DNA from: Synechococcales cyanobacterium VAR_4_metabat_354
GTDB taxonomy: Bacteria; Cyanobacteriota; Cyanobacteriia; Cyanobacteriales; Chamaesiphonaceae
Direction of reading: 5' to 3'
NCBI GenBank assembly: GCA_031414775.1
Contig: JANOQI010000012.1
Location: 1 to 49,879 of the forward strand
Length of the DNA: 49,879 bases
Below are positions 33,809 to 42,496 of this stretch, in pieces (position 1 is the first letter of the stretch; every line of letters starts with the position of its first letter). A model generated the notes under the pieces. It was given only the letters and a program-made list of their open reading frames with translations, was not told the origin of the DNA and searched no databases. A program made the position numbers and the translations under genes.

Positions 33809-35011
33809 TTAGCTGGTGACTAGTGCCAAGGTGCTTTGGGGGTCAAATAAATGAATTTTATCAGGAGTCAAAGATAACCAGACTTCTTGTCCGATCGATA
33901 GTTTTTGATCGGCTGATAATCTTACTTGTACTGGTAAATTCTGCTCGGCCAACCCTTGTAATTGCACAATGATAAATGTATCAGTGCCCAAGGCTTCGAT
34001 CAGCTGAATTCGACCGCAAAGATTTTGGGGCGCGGGTATTCCTAATGTGAAATGCTCTGGCCGAATCCCCAATAGCAGTGAGCTACTAGTATGATTTTTG
34101 ATCGCTGCATTCCATCGTTCATTTAGCGCTAGCCGAAAATCGTTGTTAGCAATCAGCGGCCATTGTATTTGCACTGGAATGAAATTCATGGGTGGTGAAC
34201 CAATGAACTGCGCCACAAAAGTATTCACTGGCTGATTATAAATTTCCAGGGGAGAGGCTACTTGCTGGATTTGACCTTGATGCATAACGGCGATGCGATC
34301 GCCCATGGTCATCGCTTCGGTTTGGTCGTGGGTCACATAGATAGTGGTTTTGCCCAGTTGACGCTGAAGTTGGACGATTTGGCTGCGGGTTTCGGCGCGC
34401 AGTTTGGCATCGAGGTTAGAGAGTGGTTCATCCATCAAAAAGACTTGGGCATTTCTGGCGATCGCCCGTCCTAATGCCACCCGTTGCTTTTGGCCGCCAG
34501 AAAGCTGCTTGGGTAAACGATTTAGTAGTCCTTCAATTTGGAGCATTTCAGCGACGGTTTTGACTTGCTGGCGAATGTCACGCTCTCGATCGGTTTCATA
34601 GCGGAGTTTGGGAGGCAGATTGCGAGTGGCTTCTACCAAAAAATTATCGAGGGCGCTGGTGGATTTTCTATTGGAATCTAGGTCTGGAGCACGGCGACGC
34701 AGGCCAAAGGCAATGTTGTCGTAAACGCGCATGTGGGGATAGAGAGCGTAGCTCTGGAAGACCATCGCGATATCGCGTTCTTTGGCGGGCAGATCATTGA
34801 CTAATCGATCGCCAATTTTAATATTGCCACCAGTAAGTTGTTCTAGACCAGCTACTAACCGCAAGAGAGTGCTTTTGCCACAGCCGGAGGGACCCACCAA
34901 CACCATGAACTCGCCATCTTCGATCGACAGATTGACCCTTTTAAGGACAGGAGTGGCATTGGCACCAACACTATAGGTCTTGTAAATGTTTTCTAGAGCA
35001 ACTTCGGCCAC
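33809..35011 (-). CDS. Sugar/polyol ABC transporter ATP-binding subunit (MalK/UgpC family)
   Basis: GPSGCGKST, MVFQSYALYPHM, LSGGQKQRVALGRA, MDEPLSNLDAKLR, GIRPE, TOBE tail. Confidence 0.93.
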   Translation of the reverse strand: MAEVALENIYKTYSVGANATPVLKRVNLSIEDGEFMVLVGPSGCGKSTLLRLVAGLEQLTGGNIKIGDRLVNDLPAKERDIAMVFQSYALYPHMRVYDNIAFGLRRRAPDLDSNRKSTSALDNFLVEATRNLPPKLRYETDRERDIRQQVKTVAEMLQIEGLLNRLPKQLSGGQKQRVALGRAIARNAQVFLMDEPLSNLDAKLRAETRSQIVQLQRQLGKTTIYVTHDQTEAMTMGDRIAVMHQGQIQQVASPLEIYNQPVNTFVAQFIGSPPMNFIPVQIQWPLIANNDFRLALNERWNAAIKNHTSSSLLLGIRPEHFTLGIPAPQNLCGRIQLIEALGTDTFIIVQLQGLAEQNLPVQVRLSADQKLSIGQEVWLSLTPDKIHLFDPQSTLALVTS

Positions 35012-35230
35012 AATAATTCAGGGGGAGTCCCCCCATCTTCACATGAAACAGTCAAGGTTTTCAATATTATTTGTATATCTAGACACATCTGTCTGCTGGA
35101 ACAACCCAGGAAGGGGCTTTAATAAAAGAACTTTAGTTCAAATGAATTAAATAAAATCAAGTTTATAGTGGTGAAAAAATAGTTTTGAAATAGGACGATT
35201 AAGTAAAGCTTGTCTGGCTCGATACCACAA

Positions 35231-35821
35231 TTAAAAGTAGCAGTTAACAATTAGACAATTGATGGGATTATCCCCTGGATTGTTAACTGTTAAAGCAGAT
35301 AAGATTTCATTCACGAGAATGTCTGGTGTGATTGGTTGATTTGAACTTTGCCAGAGTAAAGATTCGATCTTACCTTGTACTTGCTGATTTAGTTGCAGTG
35401 AATGGGGTGCTTTATCGGTTTTCCCAGAGTCGAAAAAAACGATCGACTGACATCGATCATTAATTATCCAAGTTTCTAAAGATTTTATACTTGTTTCTTG
35501 TTCGTAAAAATGAGAAATATCAGTAGGCTCAGAAGATACCTGATAATCCGAGACTGATGTTGATTCTTGATAACGTTCTAATACTGATTTAATATTGGTT
35601 TTACTAATGCTTTCCCCTAACAATTTAGAGAGAGATCTCCATAGTCGGCAAGCAACTTGCTTGATGTAGTCTAACTCGTAGGACACTTGGTCAGCAATCT
35701 TTTGATAGGTCTTGCCTTCCCAGATATGTAACACAACTATCGATTCTAAATCGTTAAGTTTTCTGTGCTGCTTTTGATCCAAAAGCCGATCGATTAATCT
35801 AACCGCCTGCTGTCCGTTCAT
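35231..35821 (-). CDS. HTH protein of the cyanobacterial NB-ARC/STAND N-terminal type fused to a degenerate, truncated NB-ARC segment
   Basis: LNDLE..VV...WEGKTYQKIA....YELDYIKQVA.RLWRSLS..LGE.ISKTN HTH; then DISHFYEQ...LETWIINDRCQSI, but the Walker A position reads DSGKTDKA; ends after ~196 aa. Likely start MNGQQ at 35821. Confidence 0.75.
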   Translation of the reverse strand: MNGQQAVRLIDRLLDQKQHRKLNDLESIVVLHIWEGKTYQKIADQVSYELDYIKQVACRLWRSLSKLLGESISKTNIKSVLERYQESTSVSDYQVSSEPTDISHFYEQETSIKSLETWIINDRCQSIVFFDSGKTDKAPHSLQLNQQVQGKIESLLWQSSNQPITPDILVNEILSALTVNNPGDNPINCLIVNCYF

Positions 35822-35871
35822 AAAGATGCGCCAATATTTAGTTAGGAAAACATTTTTAATTTCATATATCA

Positions 35872-35914
35872 TTAGCCAAGATTTTAGACATCTTGGCCAA
35901 CAAAAGCCAATATT
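35872..35914. promoter_or_regulatory. Palindromic operator-like site in the divergent promoter
   Basis: TTAGCCAAGAT-N7-ATCTTGGCCAA (10/11 inverted repeat); GCCAATATT at both 35830-38 and 35906-14. Confidence 0.55.
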
Positions 35915-36073
35915 GTATTTGTAATGTACAAACTATATCACCAGTATTTATGGATGCCCGTAATCTAATGTATAAAAGTTTACATATTACTAGACTAACA
36001 ACTCACTTTTTCTCACTGAAAATACGATGAGCTAGATGTAGGCTAAGTTTATGAATTCATATTGGTGCATCCA

Positions 36074-37414
36074 ATGAGTATCCTCAAATTAAACGATCTA
36101 GCTCTGCAATTAGTAGTTCTCGATTTTAGTGATGGACATGCTCCGATCGCTAACAATGGGGGGCCGACCAAAACCTCTCGTGCTTTAGCTATTATTCATC
36201 TGGCGGCTCATGATGCTTATGGCAAGGTGACAGGTAGCCTAGCTCCCCGGCTGGCCACCATCCCCACTCCTCCGGCAACTCTGGGGAATAGTGTAGCGGC
36301 CGGTTCTACGGCGTTACTGGGTGCCGGCATCCGGGCGGCAACAGTACTTTATCCTGATTTTGGAGGATTTATTGCCACTGAAGCGGCTAAGATTTCCAAC
36401 CCTAGTGATCTAGCATATAAGTATGGTGAACTGGTTGCTGATGCTTGGATTGCTGCGAGAGCAAATGATGGATCACAACTTCAACAAACCGATCGCAACT
36501 ATAATCCAGCACCTGGTAAACATCGCCCTGATCCTCTCGATCCTCAGCAACAAACGCTAGGTCGAAAGTGGGGTTCAGTGATACCTTTTGTGCTTTCTAG
36601 TGTTGTTTCTGATGCTCCTTTGCAGTCTCCACCAAGTTTGGATGGCTTAAATGATTCTCATTATCACGGTACTAATTATGCGAAATCTTTTAATGAGGTG
36701 CTCAAGGATGGTAGAAACGACATCATTAATCGAGATCCTAAAAAAGGTGTTATCGGTATTTTCTGGGGTTATGACGGAGCGAATAAGATTGGGGTGCCGC
36801 CACGTATTTATAACCAAGTTGTCCGTGCCATCGTTGGGTTTAAAGATTTCTCCCACAATCATCAAGTTCAAATTTTGACTGCCATTAATGTAGCGATGGC
36901 TGATGCCGGTATTGCGGCTTGGCATTGGAAGTATGCCTATGATGTTTGGCGGCCAGTTTTAGGAATCCGTGAAGCTGATCTGGGCTGGGGTCCGACTGGT
37001 GGGGGTGATAACAATAGTGGTACGCAGGGTGATCCTTTCTGGTTGCCATTGGGGGCACCTAATAGTAATTCGACCAAGCCTAATGGTACTCCAGGTTTTC
37101 CTGCTTATCCGTCAGGACATGCTACTTTTGGGTCGGCTTGTTTTAGAACGGTTGCTGGCATCTTGGGGAAAAAACCAGAAGATATTCATGTGGAGTTTGT
37201 TTCGGATGAATTCAATGGTGTAACTACTGATAATACTGGTGTTGTCCGTCCCCGGTACAAGGCAAAGTTTACGCTGGCGAAGGGGATCACAGATAATAAT
37301 GAGAGTCGGATTTGGCTGGGCGTACACTGGCGATTTGATGCGGAAGGTGGTGAGGTGGTTGGTAATGCTATAGCGGCGAAGGTTGTGGCCGCTTTTCCGT
37401 GCAAGCCTACTTAA
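36074..37414 (+). CDS. Vanadium-dependent haloperoxidase (chloroperoxidase-type)
   Basis: Vanadate-site motifs W.WK....WRP, PGFPAYPSGHATFG, SRIWLGVHWRFD; also RALAIIHLA.HDAY, FWGYDG.NKIGVPPRIYNQ, DPFWLPLGAP. Confidence 0.92.
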   Translation: MSILKLNDLALQLVVLDFSDGHAPIANNGGPTKTSRALAIIHLAAHDAYGKVTGSLAPRLATIPTPPATLGNSVAAGSTALLGAGIRAATVLYPDFGGFIATEAAKISNPSDLAYKYGELVADAWIAARANDGSQLQQTDRNYNPAPGKHRPDPLDPQQQTLGRKWGSVIPFVLSSVVSDAPLQSPPSLDGLNDSHYHGTNYAKSFNEVLKDGRNDIINRDPKKGVIGIFWGYDGANKIGVPPRIYNQVVRAIVGFKDFSHNHQVQILTAINVAMADAGIAAWHWKYAYDVWRPVLGIREADLGWGPTGGGDNNSGTQGDPFWLPLGAPNSNSTKPNGTPGFPAYPSGHATFGSACFRTVAGILGKKPEDIHVEFVSDEFNGVTTDNTGVVRPRYKAKFTLAKGITDNNESRIWLGVHWRFDAEGGEVVGNAIAAKVVAAFPCKPT

Positions 37415-37629
37415 TAGATTTATTTCTGGTTGTTCGATCGATACTAGTACAAAATATTGATCGGACAATTCTCGAAATTTCATCGCCTCAATATTTCAAT
37501 AAATAGAGAATTGATCTCTACCTTTTTTGAATTAATCAATGTAAAATGCAGTGTCAAAACACTTTTACGGAACTCGACGAAATCTTTACTTATTATCTTG
37601 CTAATGATAAATAGCTGAGGGGATATTTC

Positions 37630-37998
37630 ATGAAAAATTTTAGTAGTTACATGAAAACCATCTCTCACTCTGAATTGAGAGAAACATTGAAATCGATAGT
37701 TGCTATCATGATTGGAACTGGTTCTTGGATCCTCTTGGGATGGCTCATTTATGCACAGTTCAAAACAAGTCAGTCTTTTGCTTATCAACTGGCTGCAACT
37801 TCACCAGATAACAAAGAGCGCATTGTTCTCATCAAAGATGCAAATGAAACAGTTATCAAAACGTCTAGTTCACTATTTTCATTACTAATGTCAGTTGCAA
37901 CAGCTATTACTGGATACTTTTTCATAACTTCAGGTGTGAAAATTGATAAGAGGAATAAGCCTGATTCACCACAGCTGCCAAATTCTCTTGGGTCTTAA
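37630..37998 (+). CDS. Small 2-TM membrane protein
   Basis: GAGGGG RBS; hydrophobic segments IVAIMIGTGSWILLGWLIY and LFSLLMSVATAITGYFF. Confidence 0.7.
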   Translation: MKNFSSYMKTISHSELRETLKSIVAIMIGTGSWILLGWLIYAQFKTSQSFAYQLAATSPDNKERIVLIKDANETVIKTSSSLFSLLMSVATAITGYFFITSGVKIDKRNKPDSPQLPNSLGS

Positions 37999-38096
37999 CA
38001 TCTTCATTATGATCATCAAATAAATTATCAAAAGATTTTAAGTCTATAAGTAAAACTGTCATCATTAGTCAACCTTAATATCGGTTTAAATAAATC

Positions 38097-39044
38097 ATGG
38101 GAATAGATTATATCGTCTTTGTTCACGGAGTAAATAATAGAGTCGAAGAGGATTTTGAGCGGCAAGCCATGAGCACTTTTGCTAAAATCAAAGCTCATGT
38201 TGATCCGAATTCATCTAGAGTTCTCAAACCAGTTATATTGTTTTGGGGAAATGTAGCAGAAGAACCTATAAATTTACTTTTGGAAGGACTTGATGCTTCT
38301 TCTGCATGGCAACAATATTGGTTTAGAGAGTTTCGTACAACTCAGGTTATTAATTTTGTTGGAGATGCTGCACTCTATTTGAGTCGCAACGTCAGTGTAC
38401 AGATTATTAGTCAGATGATTGAACAATCCTTAAAACAAATGGATCTTAATTTAGATGATGTGAAAAACAAGTCACCACAAGATGGTGATCGTTTACATCT
38501 AGTTACCCATAGTTGGGGTACTGTCATCTTATTCGATATCATGTTTGCAGATCGGTGGGAAGATTCCAATCTCCCTCCAAATATTCTTGAGTTGGTTGAT
38601 AATATTCGCAGTATACTTTTTGGAATTGGTAAGCCAGCAATCAAAAATCTTGGTATTCCCATTGCCAGTATTCATACGATGGGATCACCTATCTCATTAT
38701 TCAATCTACTCAATGCCTCTGGTGCAAGGAGTTTTAACCTCACGCCCAAACTAAAAGATTTTTTGACTTCTTTGCACGCAATCACCGGTGCAGCGCTACC
38801 TTGGTATAACTATGCTCATCCAGGCGATCCAATTGCCTATCCATTAAAGGGTGTGATGGATCTATCACTAGATGAGGCTAAAAGTTTTGTCCAAGTCGAA
38901 GACATTATGATTCCGGTAAACTTTTTGGATCGAATTTTGGGTACAGGGACTCTCTCTATACTTAATGGTGGAAAAGCTCACAGTAGTTATTGGACTAATC
39001 AATCGGTAGCTAAAACTATTGCAGGAGTGATTAAGTCACACTGA
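38097..39044 (+). CDS. Alpha/beta-fold hydrolase (lipase/esterase-like)
   Basis: VFVHGV oxyanion strand, THSWG nucleophile elbow, TMGSP, HPGDPIAYPL (Asp), AHSSYW (His). Confidence 0.8.
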   Translation: MGIDYIVFVHGVNNRVEEDFERQAMSTFAKIKAHVDPNSSRVLKPVILFWGNVAEEPINLLLEGLDASSAWQQYWFREFRTTQVINFVGDAALYLSRNVSVQIISQMIEQSLKQMDLNLDDVKNKSPQDGDRLHLVTHSWGTVILFDIMFADRWEDSNLPPNILELVDNIRSILFGIGKPAIKNLGIPIASIHTMGSPISLFNLLNASGARSFNLTPKLKDFLTSLHAITGAALPWYNYAHPGDPIAYPLKGVMDLSLDEAKSFVQVEDIMIPVNFLDRILGTGTLSILNGGKAHSSYWTNQSVAKTIAGVIKSH

Positions 39045-39171
39045 AAAATGTGACAATTATTAGATTTAGTTTCTAAAGATGACCCTGCGCTGGAATACTG
39101 ATGGAAAACAAAAATATGTCGATCGATCACTTTCAGCTCCTTAACTAAATCGTGGCAAAAAGCATTTGCTT

Positions 39172-39217
39172 ATAGCAAAAAGCCAGGTAATAAATAGTTT
39201 ACCTGGTTCTTTGCTAT
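39172..39217. terminator. Long bidirectional hairpin terminator
   Basis: ATAGCAAA..GCCAGGTAA / TTACCTGGT..TTTGCTAT between convergent genes. Confidence 0.6.
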
Positions 39218-39259
39218 GACCAAATATTTCAACTAACAGTGATATCTCAGTAGCCGATG

Positions 39260-39448
39260 TTAATAAGCTAGAGTCTCTAAAGTTTCACGCAAATAAATCT
39301 GCACTAGAGCATCCAAGTCTTTAGATTCATTACCTAAGTCACTGCTACGCCAATACTGAAATCCAGGAGTGCTAGTGATTGCTTGGCGCAGACTGCCCCA
39401 GGTGGCAGAAGTATTGACGGCGGGAATGGAGGTTGGAATGTGATTCAT
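39260..39448 (-). CDS. Conserved small cyanobacterial hypothetical protein
   Basis: W.SL.QAI..TPGFQYW...LD.LV..YLRETLETLAY, a recurring cyanobacterial small-protein pattern. Confidence 0.8.
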   Translation of the reverse strand: MNHIPTSIPAVNTSATWGSLRQAITSTPGFQYWRSSDLGNESKDLDALVQIYLRETLETLAY

Positions 39449-39623
39449 GGTCTGATTACCAGAAGTTTGTGTGAGAACGATACTTTGGTTTCCATACTTT
39501 CAGTACCTCACCCCATCATATTACGTCTTCACTTATTTGGTTGTTAATTTGATAACTTTTTCCAGGATTACCAAGGGTTCTAGGTGATATTACCTACGGA
39601 ATTCATGCCAAATTCATGAATAT

Positions 39624-40226
39624 TCAATCCTCTTCCGCCCTTACCCCAGTGAAATATTCTGGTTCGTTACCGGGAATCCATTTGATATTGCAACCAATAC
39701 TAGGACGCTGATTAGTATCGACATTCTCTCCGGCTAGTACCAATTCAATAGCAGTGCGGAGATCTTTGCCCGTGACTGGTTTGCCATTAGAAGGCCGACT
39801 ATCATCTAATTGACCACGATAGGACAGTTGGAGGTTGCGATCGAACAAAAAGAAGTCGGGTGTGCAAGCCGCCGAATAAACCTTAGCGATCGATTGGTCA
39901 GCATCATAACAAACTGGGTAAGAGATTCCCGTTTCGGTGGCCATGGCTTTCAAACTGGCTGGCGCATCATCCGGATATTTCTCCGCATCATTAGAGCTAA
40001 TGGCCACAATTCCCAATTCTTGGCTTTGGTAGTCTTTACCCAGTAGTGCTAGTTCGGTTTGAATATGCTTCACAAATGGACAATGCACCGAAATAAACAT
40101 CACTAGTAGCCCCTTCTGATCAGCAAAGCTGGCGAGGGAAATGTTTTCCCCACTCACGACATCAGGCAAATTAAAATCTGGAGCAGCCACCCCTAAAGGC
40201 AACATTGTGGAAGCTGTACGAACCAT
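39624..40226 (-). CDS. Thioredoxin-fold AhpC/TSA family protein
   Basis: STMLPLG..APDF.LPD, MFISVHCPFV, AISSND...YPDD, AACTPDFFLF, YRGQLDDSRP, SIGCNIKW; start MVRTA at 40226. Confidence 0.88.
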   Translation of the reverse strand: MVRTASTMLPLGVAAPDFNLPDVVSGENISLASFADQKGLLVMFISVHCPFVKHIQTELALLGKDYQSQELGIVAISSNDAEKYPDDAPASLKAMATETGISYPVCYDADQSIAKVYSAACTPDFFLFDRNLQLSYRGQLDDSRPSNGKPVTGKDLRTAIELVLAGENVDTNQRPSIGCNIKWIPGNEPEYFTGVRAEED

Positions 40227-40548
40227 AGGACTTCTCTGAGCAACTAATGATGACACCTCAAACTTACATGGCTTTGGCTGTTTTGTTAAGGGAAAACTCT
40301 GGCCAGTTTTGATGATACGAAATTGTAATAATTTAGTTGCTTGGCCAGGGCATACTGCAAATCTTAATAAACAGGGTGGGATGCTAGCTGCCAACCCAGA
40401 CTTTGGGCAGCTTGACGAAACCTTTTGCACGCCGTATCGTAATCCACCGAAAAGGTTATAAGTTCGTTCATTGTCCCAAATTTACTCCTGATTTTTCTCA
40501 ATGTATCGCGAATACATATAGGATCGAGTCAGTTTTGGAATGCTTACG

Positions 40549-41625
40549 ATGTCCATCAAAAAAATATTGTCGATCGTCTTACTGGTTTTTATCCCCCTCT
40601 CGATCGCTGCTGAAACCCTCCACTGGGGAACCATGACAGTTTTTGTCACCTCGGCGCTGGCAATTGTGCCGATCGCTATTTGGCTTAGTACCGCCACCGA
40701 AGAAGTTGCGATCGTCACCGGCCCGGCGATCGGTGGTTTACTGAATGCCGTTTTTGGCAACGCCACCGAGTTAATCATTAGCCTGGTGGCGCTTAAGGCT
40801 GGGCTGATTGATATTGTTAAAGCCAGCATTACCGGCACTATTATTAGCAATTTGCTGTTGGCAATGGGGCTATCCATGTTTTTGGGCGGACTGCGCTACA
40901 AAGAACAAGAGTTTAAGCCGATTGTGGCTCGGGTAAATGGATCTTCCATGACTTTAGCCGTGATTGCGATTCTACTCCCCACCCTCGCTTCTTTTACTTC
41001 CAGCAAACCAGATTCAGTCAAAATCGAACAGCTATCTTTGACAGTAGCTGTAGTTTTAATTGTTGTTTATATTTTGACTCTGGTATTTTCGCTCAAAACT
41101 CACAGCTATCTATACGAAGTGAGCTTAGTTGAGCACGAAGAAGAAACCGCCGTTCATGGCAAACCCAACTTAGGACTATGGCTGGGTGTGCTTTTTGCTT
41201 CAACGATAGCCGTAGCCTACGAATCGGAAATTTTTGTGGGGGTGGTGGAGGAAGCTACCAAAGGTTTGGGCTTGACTCCTCTCTTTACGGGGGTAATTTT
41301 ATTGCCCCTAGTAGGTGGTGCCGCCGAATATGTCACTGCTGTGGGTGTGGCCATGAAAAACAACATGGATTTATCGGTATCGGTAGCCATGGGTTCTAGT
41401 TTGCTGGTGGCCTTGCTGATGGCTCCCATGTTGGTGTTGGTGGGATACTTTATTGGTCAGCCGATGGATCTGAACTTTAATTTGTTTGAGGTGGTGGCTG
41501 TCGCCGTGGCCGTGATTGTTGCCAACTTAATCAGTTTGGATGGTCGATCGGATTGGCTAGAAGGAGTATTACTGCTCGCTACTTACACAATTTTGGGTGC
41601 CGCTTTTTACTTTCACGTAGTTTAA
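40549..41625 (+). CDS. cax: Ca2+/H+ antiporter
   Basis: GGLLNAVFGNATELI and GGAAEY alpha repeats; DGRSDWLEG. Confidence 0.93.
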   Translation: MSIKKILSIVLLVFIPLSIAAETLHWGTMTVFVTSALAIVPIAIWLSTATEEVAIVTGPAIGGLLNAVFGNATELIISLVALKAGLIDIVKASITGTIISNLLLAMGLSMFLGGLRYKEQEFKPIVARVNGSSMTLAVIAILLPTLASFTSSKPDSVKIEQLSLTVAVVLIVVYILTLVFSLKTHSYLYEVSLVEHEEETAVHGKPNLGLWLGVLFASTIAVAYESEIFVGVVEEATKGLGLTPLFTGVILLPLVGGAAEYVTAVGVAMKNNMDLSVSVAMGSSLLVALLMAPMLVLVGYFIGQPMDLNFNLFEVVAVAVAVIVANLISLDGRSDWLEGVLLLATYTILGAAFYFHVV

Positions 41626-41675
41626 TATTTGTACTGATCCCAATTTATCCCAGCTATCTTTATGCTTTCAACCAA

Positions 41676-41708
41676 AGTGGGCAGTATCACAAAGGATACT
41701 ACCCGCTT
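41676..41708. terminator. Hairpin between convergent genes
   Basis: AAGTGGG.AGTATC-N6-GATACT.CCCGCTT. Confidence 0.5.
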
Positions 41709-41722
41709 TAGCCTTGTTGATG

Positions 41723-42127
41723 CTATCGATCTTGATTGTTATCTTGGTTATAAATGACGATCGGCTGTTGACCGGGTGCCAGCTTATAGCTGTTTTCCTG
41801 CATTAATTCTTGGGAGCGGTGCGTACCAAAAGACCGTTGGAAATCTGTATTACCCAGTTGTGCCCGTTGTTCAGCCTCTTTGATGACAGACTGTAATTGA
41901 TGCAACTTACTCTGATGCTCAAAATTGTACTTGGTTAAGGTCACTAGGGAAACAACACCCAAGACACTGAATGCCGAATAAATCACAATCTTGCCAACCA
42001 CCGATAGCAACTTCTGTTGCTGTACAACATTACTTTTTCTTTTTGCTCGGGGACGTGGCTGAAAACTAGTCACTGGAAGACGTTGTTTTAAGGGTTTTGT
42101 CTGTACAGGAGATGGTAAAGCGCTCAT
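41723..42127 (-). CDS. Bitopic coiled-coil membrane protein (slr1601-like, putative FtsL-like cell division protein)
   Basis: Basic Pro-rich N-terminus, one TM (KIVIYSAFSVLGVVSLV), coiled coil, then F.RSF...LMQE...P.Q..IV tail. Confidence 0.6.
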   Translation of the reverse strand: MSALPSPVQTKPLKQRLPVTSFQPRPRAKRKSNVVQQQKLLSVVGKIVIYSAFSVLGVVSLVTLTKYNFEHQSKLHQLQSVIKEAEQRAQLGNTDFQRSFGTHRSQELMQENSYKLAPGQQPIVIYNQDNNQDR

Positions 42128-42496
42128 ATGATTTAATGTGCCCAGGATAATCAATAGAATTTGAGGCTATGCAACAAAACAGGGCACTTTGCAGTTACCC
42201 TGATCAGATTAACATGTATTTCTCAATGCTACAAAAAGTATGACTTTTGTCATACTCTGGTCTAGTTATTTATAAAGTTCGGTAGATAGGCGTAAAGCTA
42301 AGATGCCAGGAATTAGCGCTACCGCTAAAGCAATATAAACTTGAGTATCAGTCATTAGTTAATTTTCCTCCATAAGTCATATACGGTTAATACTTCCATT
42401 ATTTCTACTGACTTTTGGCTTTCAGTAAGATTTTGTAATAACCTGCAACAGTTAAGTTAGACTCGGAGTAGCCAGAATTGTCCTTAATAATAGTTA

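Noticed and set aside
37480..37788. 102-aa minus-strand ORF within the haloperoxidase island
   Set aside because: Overlaps the RBS-bearing 2-TM gene on the opposite strand and has no protein-like motif.
42464..42474. yybP-ykoY Mn riboswitch before terC (GGAGTAGCC)
   Set aside because: Only the short 5' motif is present, ~25 nt from the start codon, with no room for the remaining stems or the GAGACC element.
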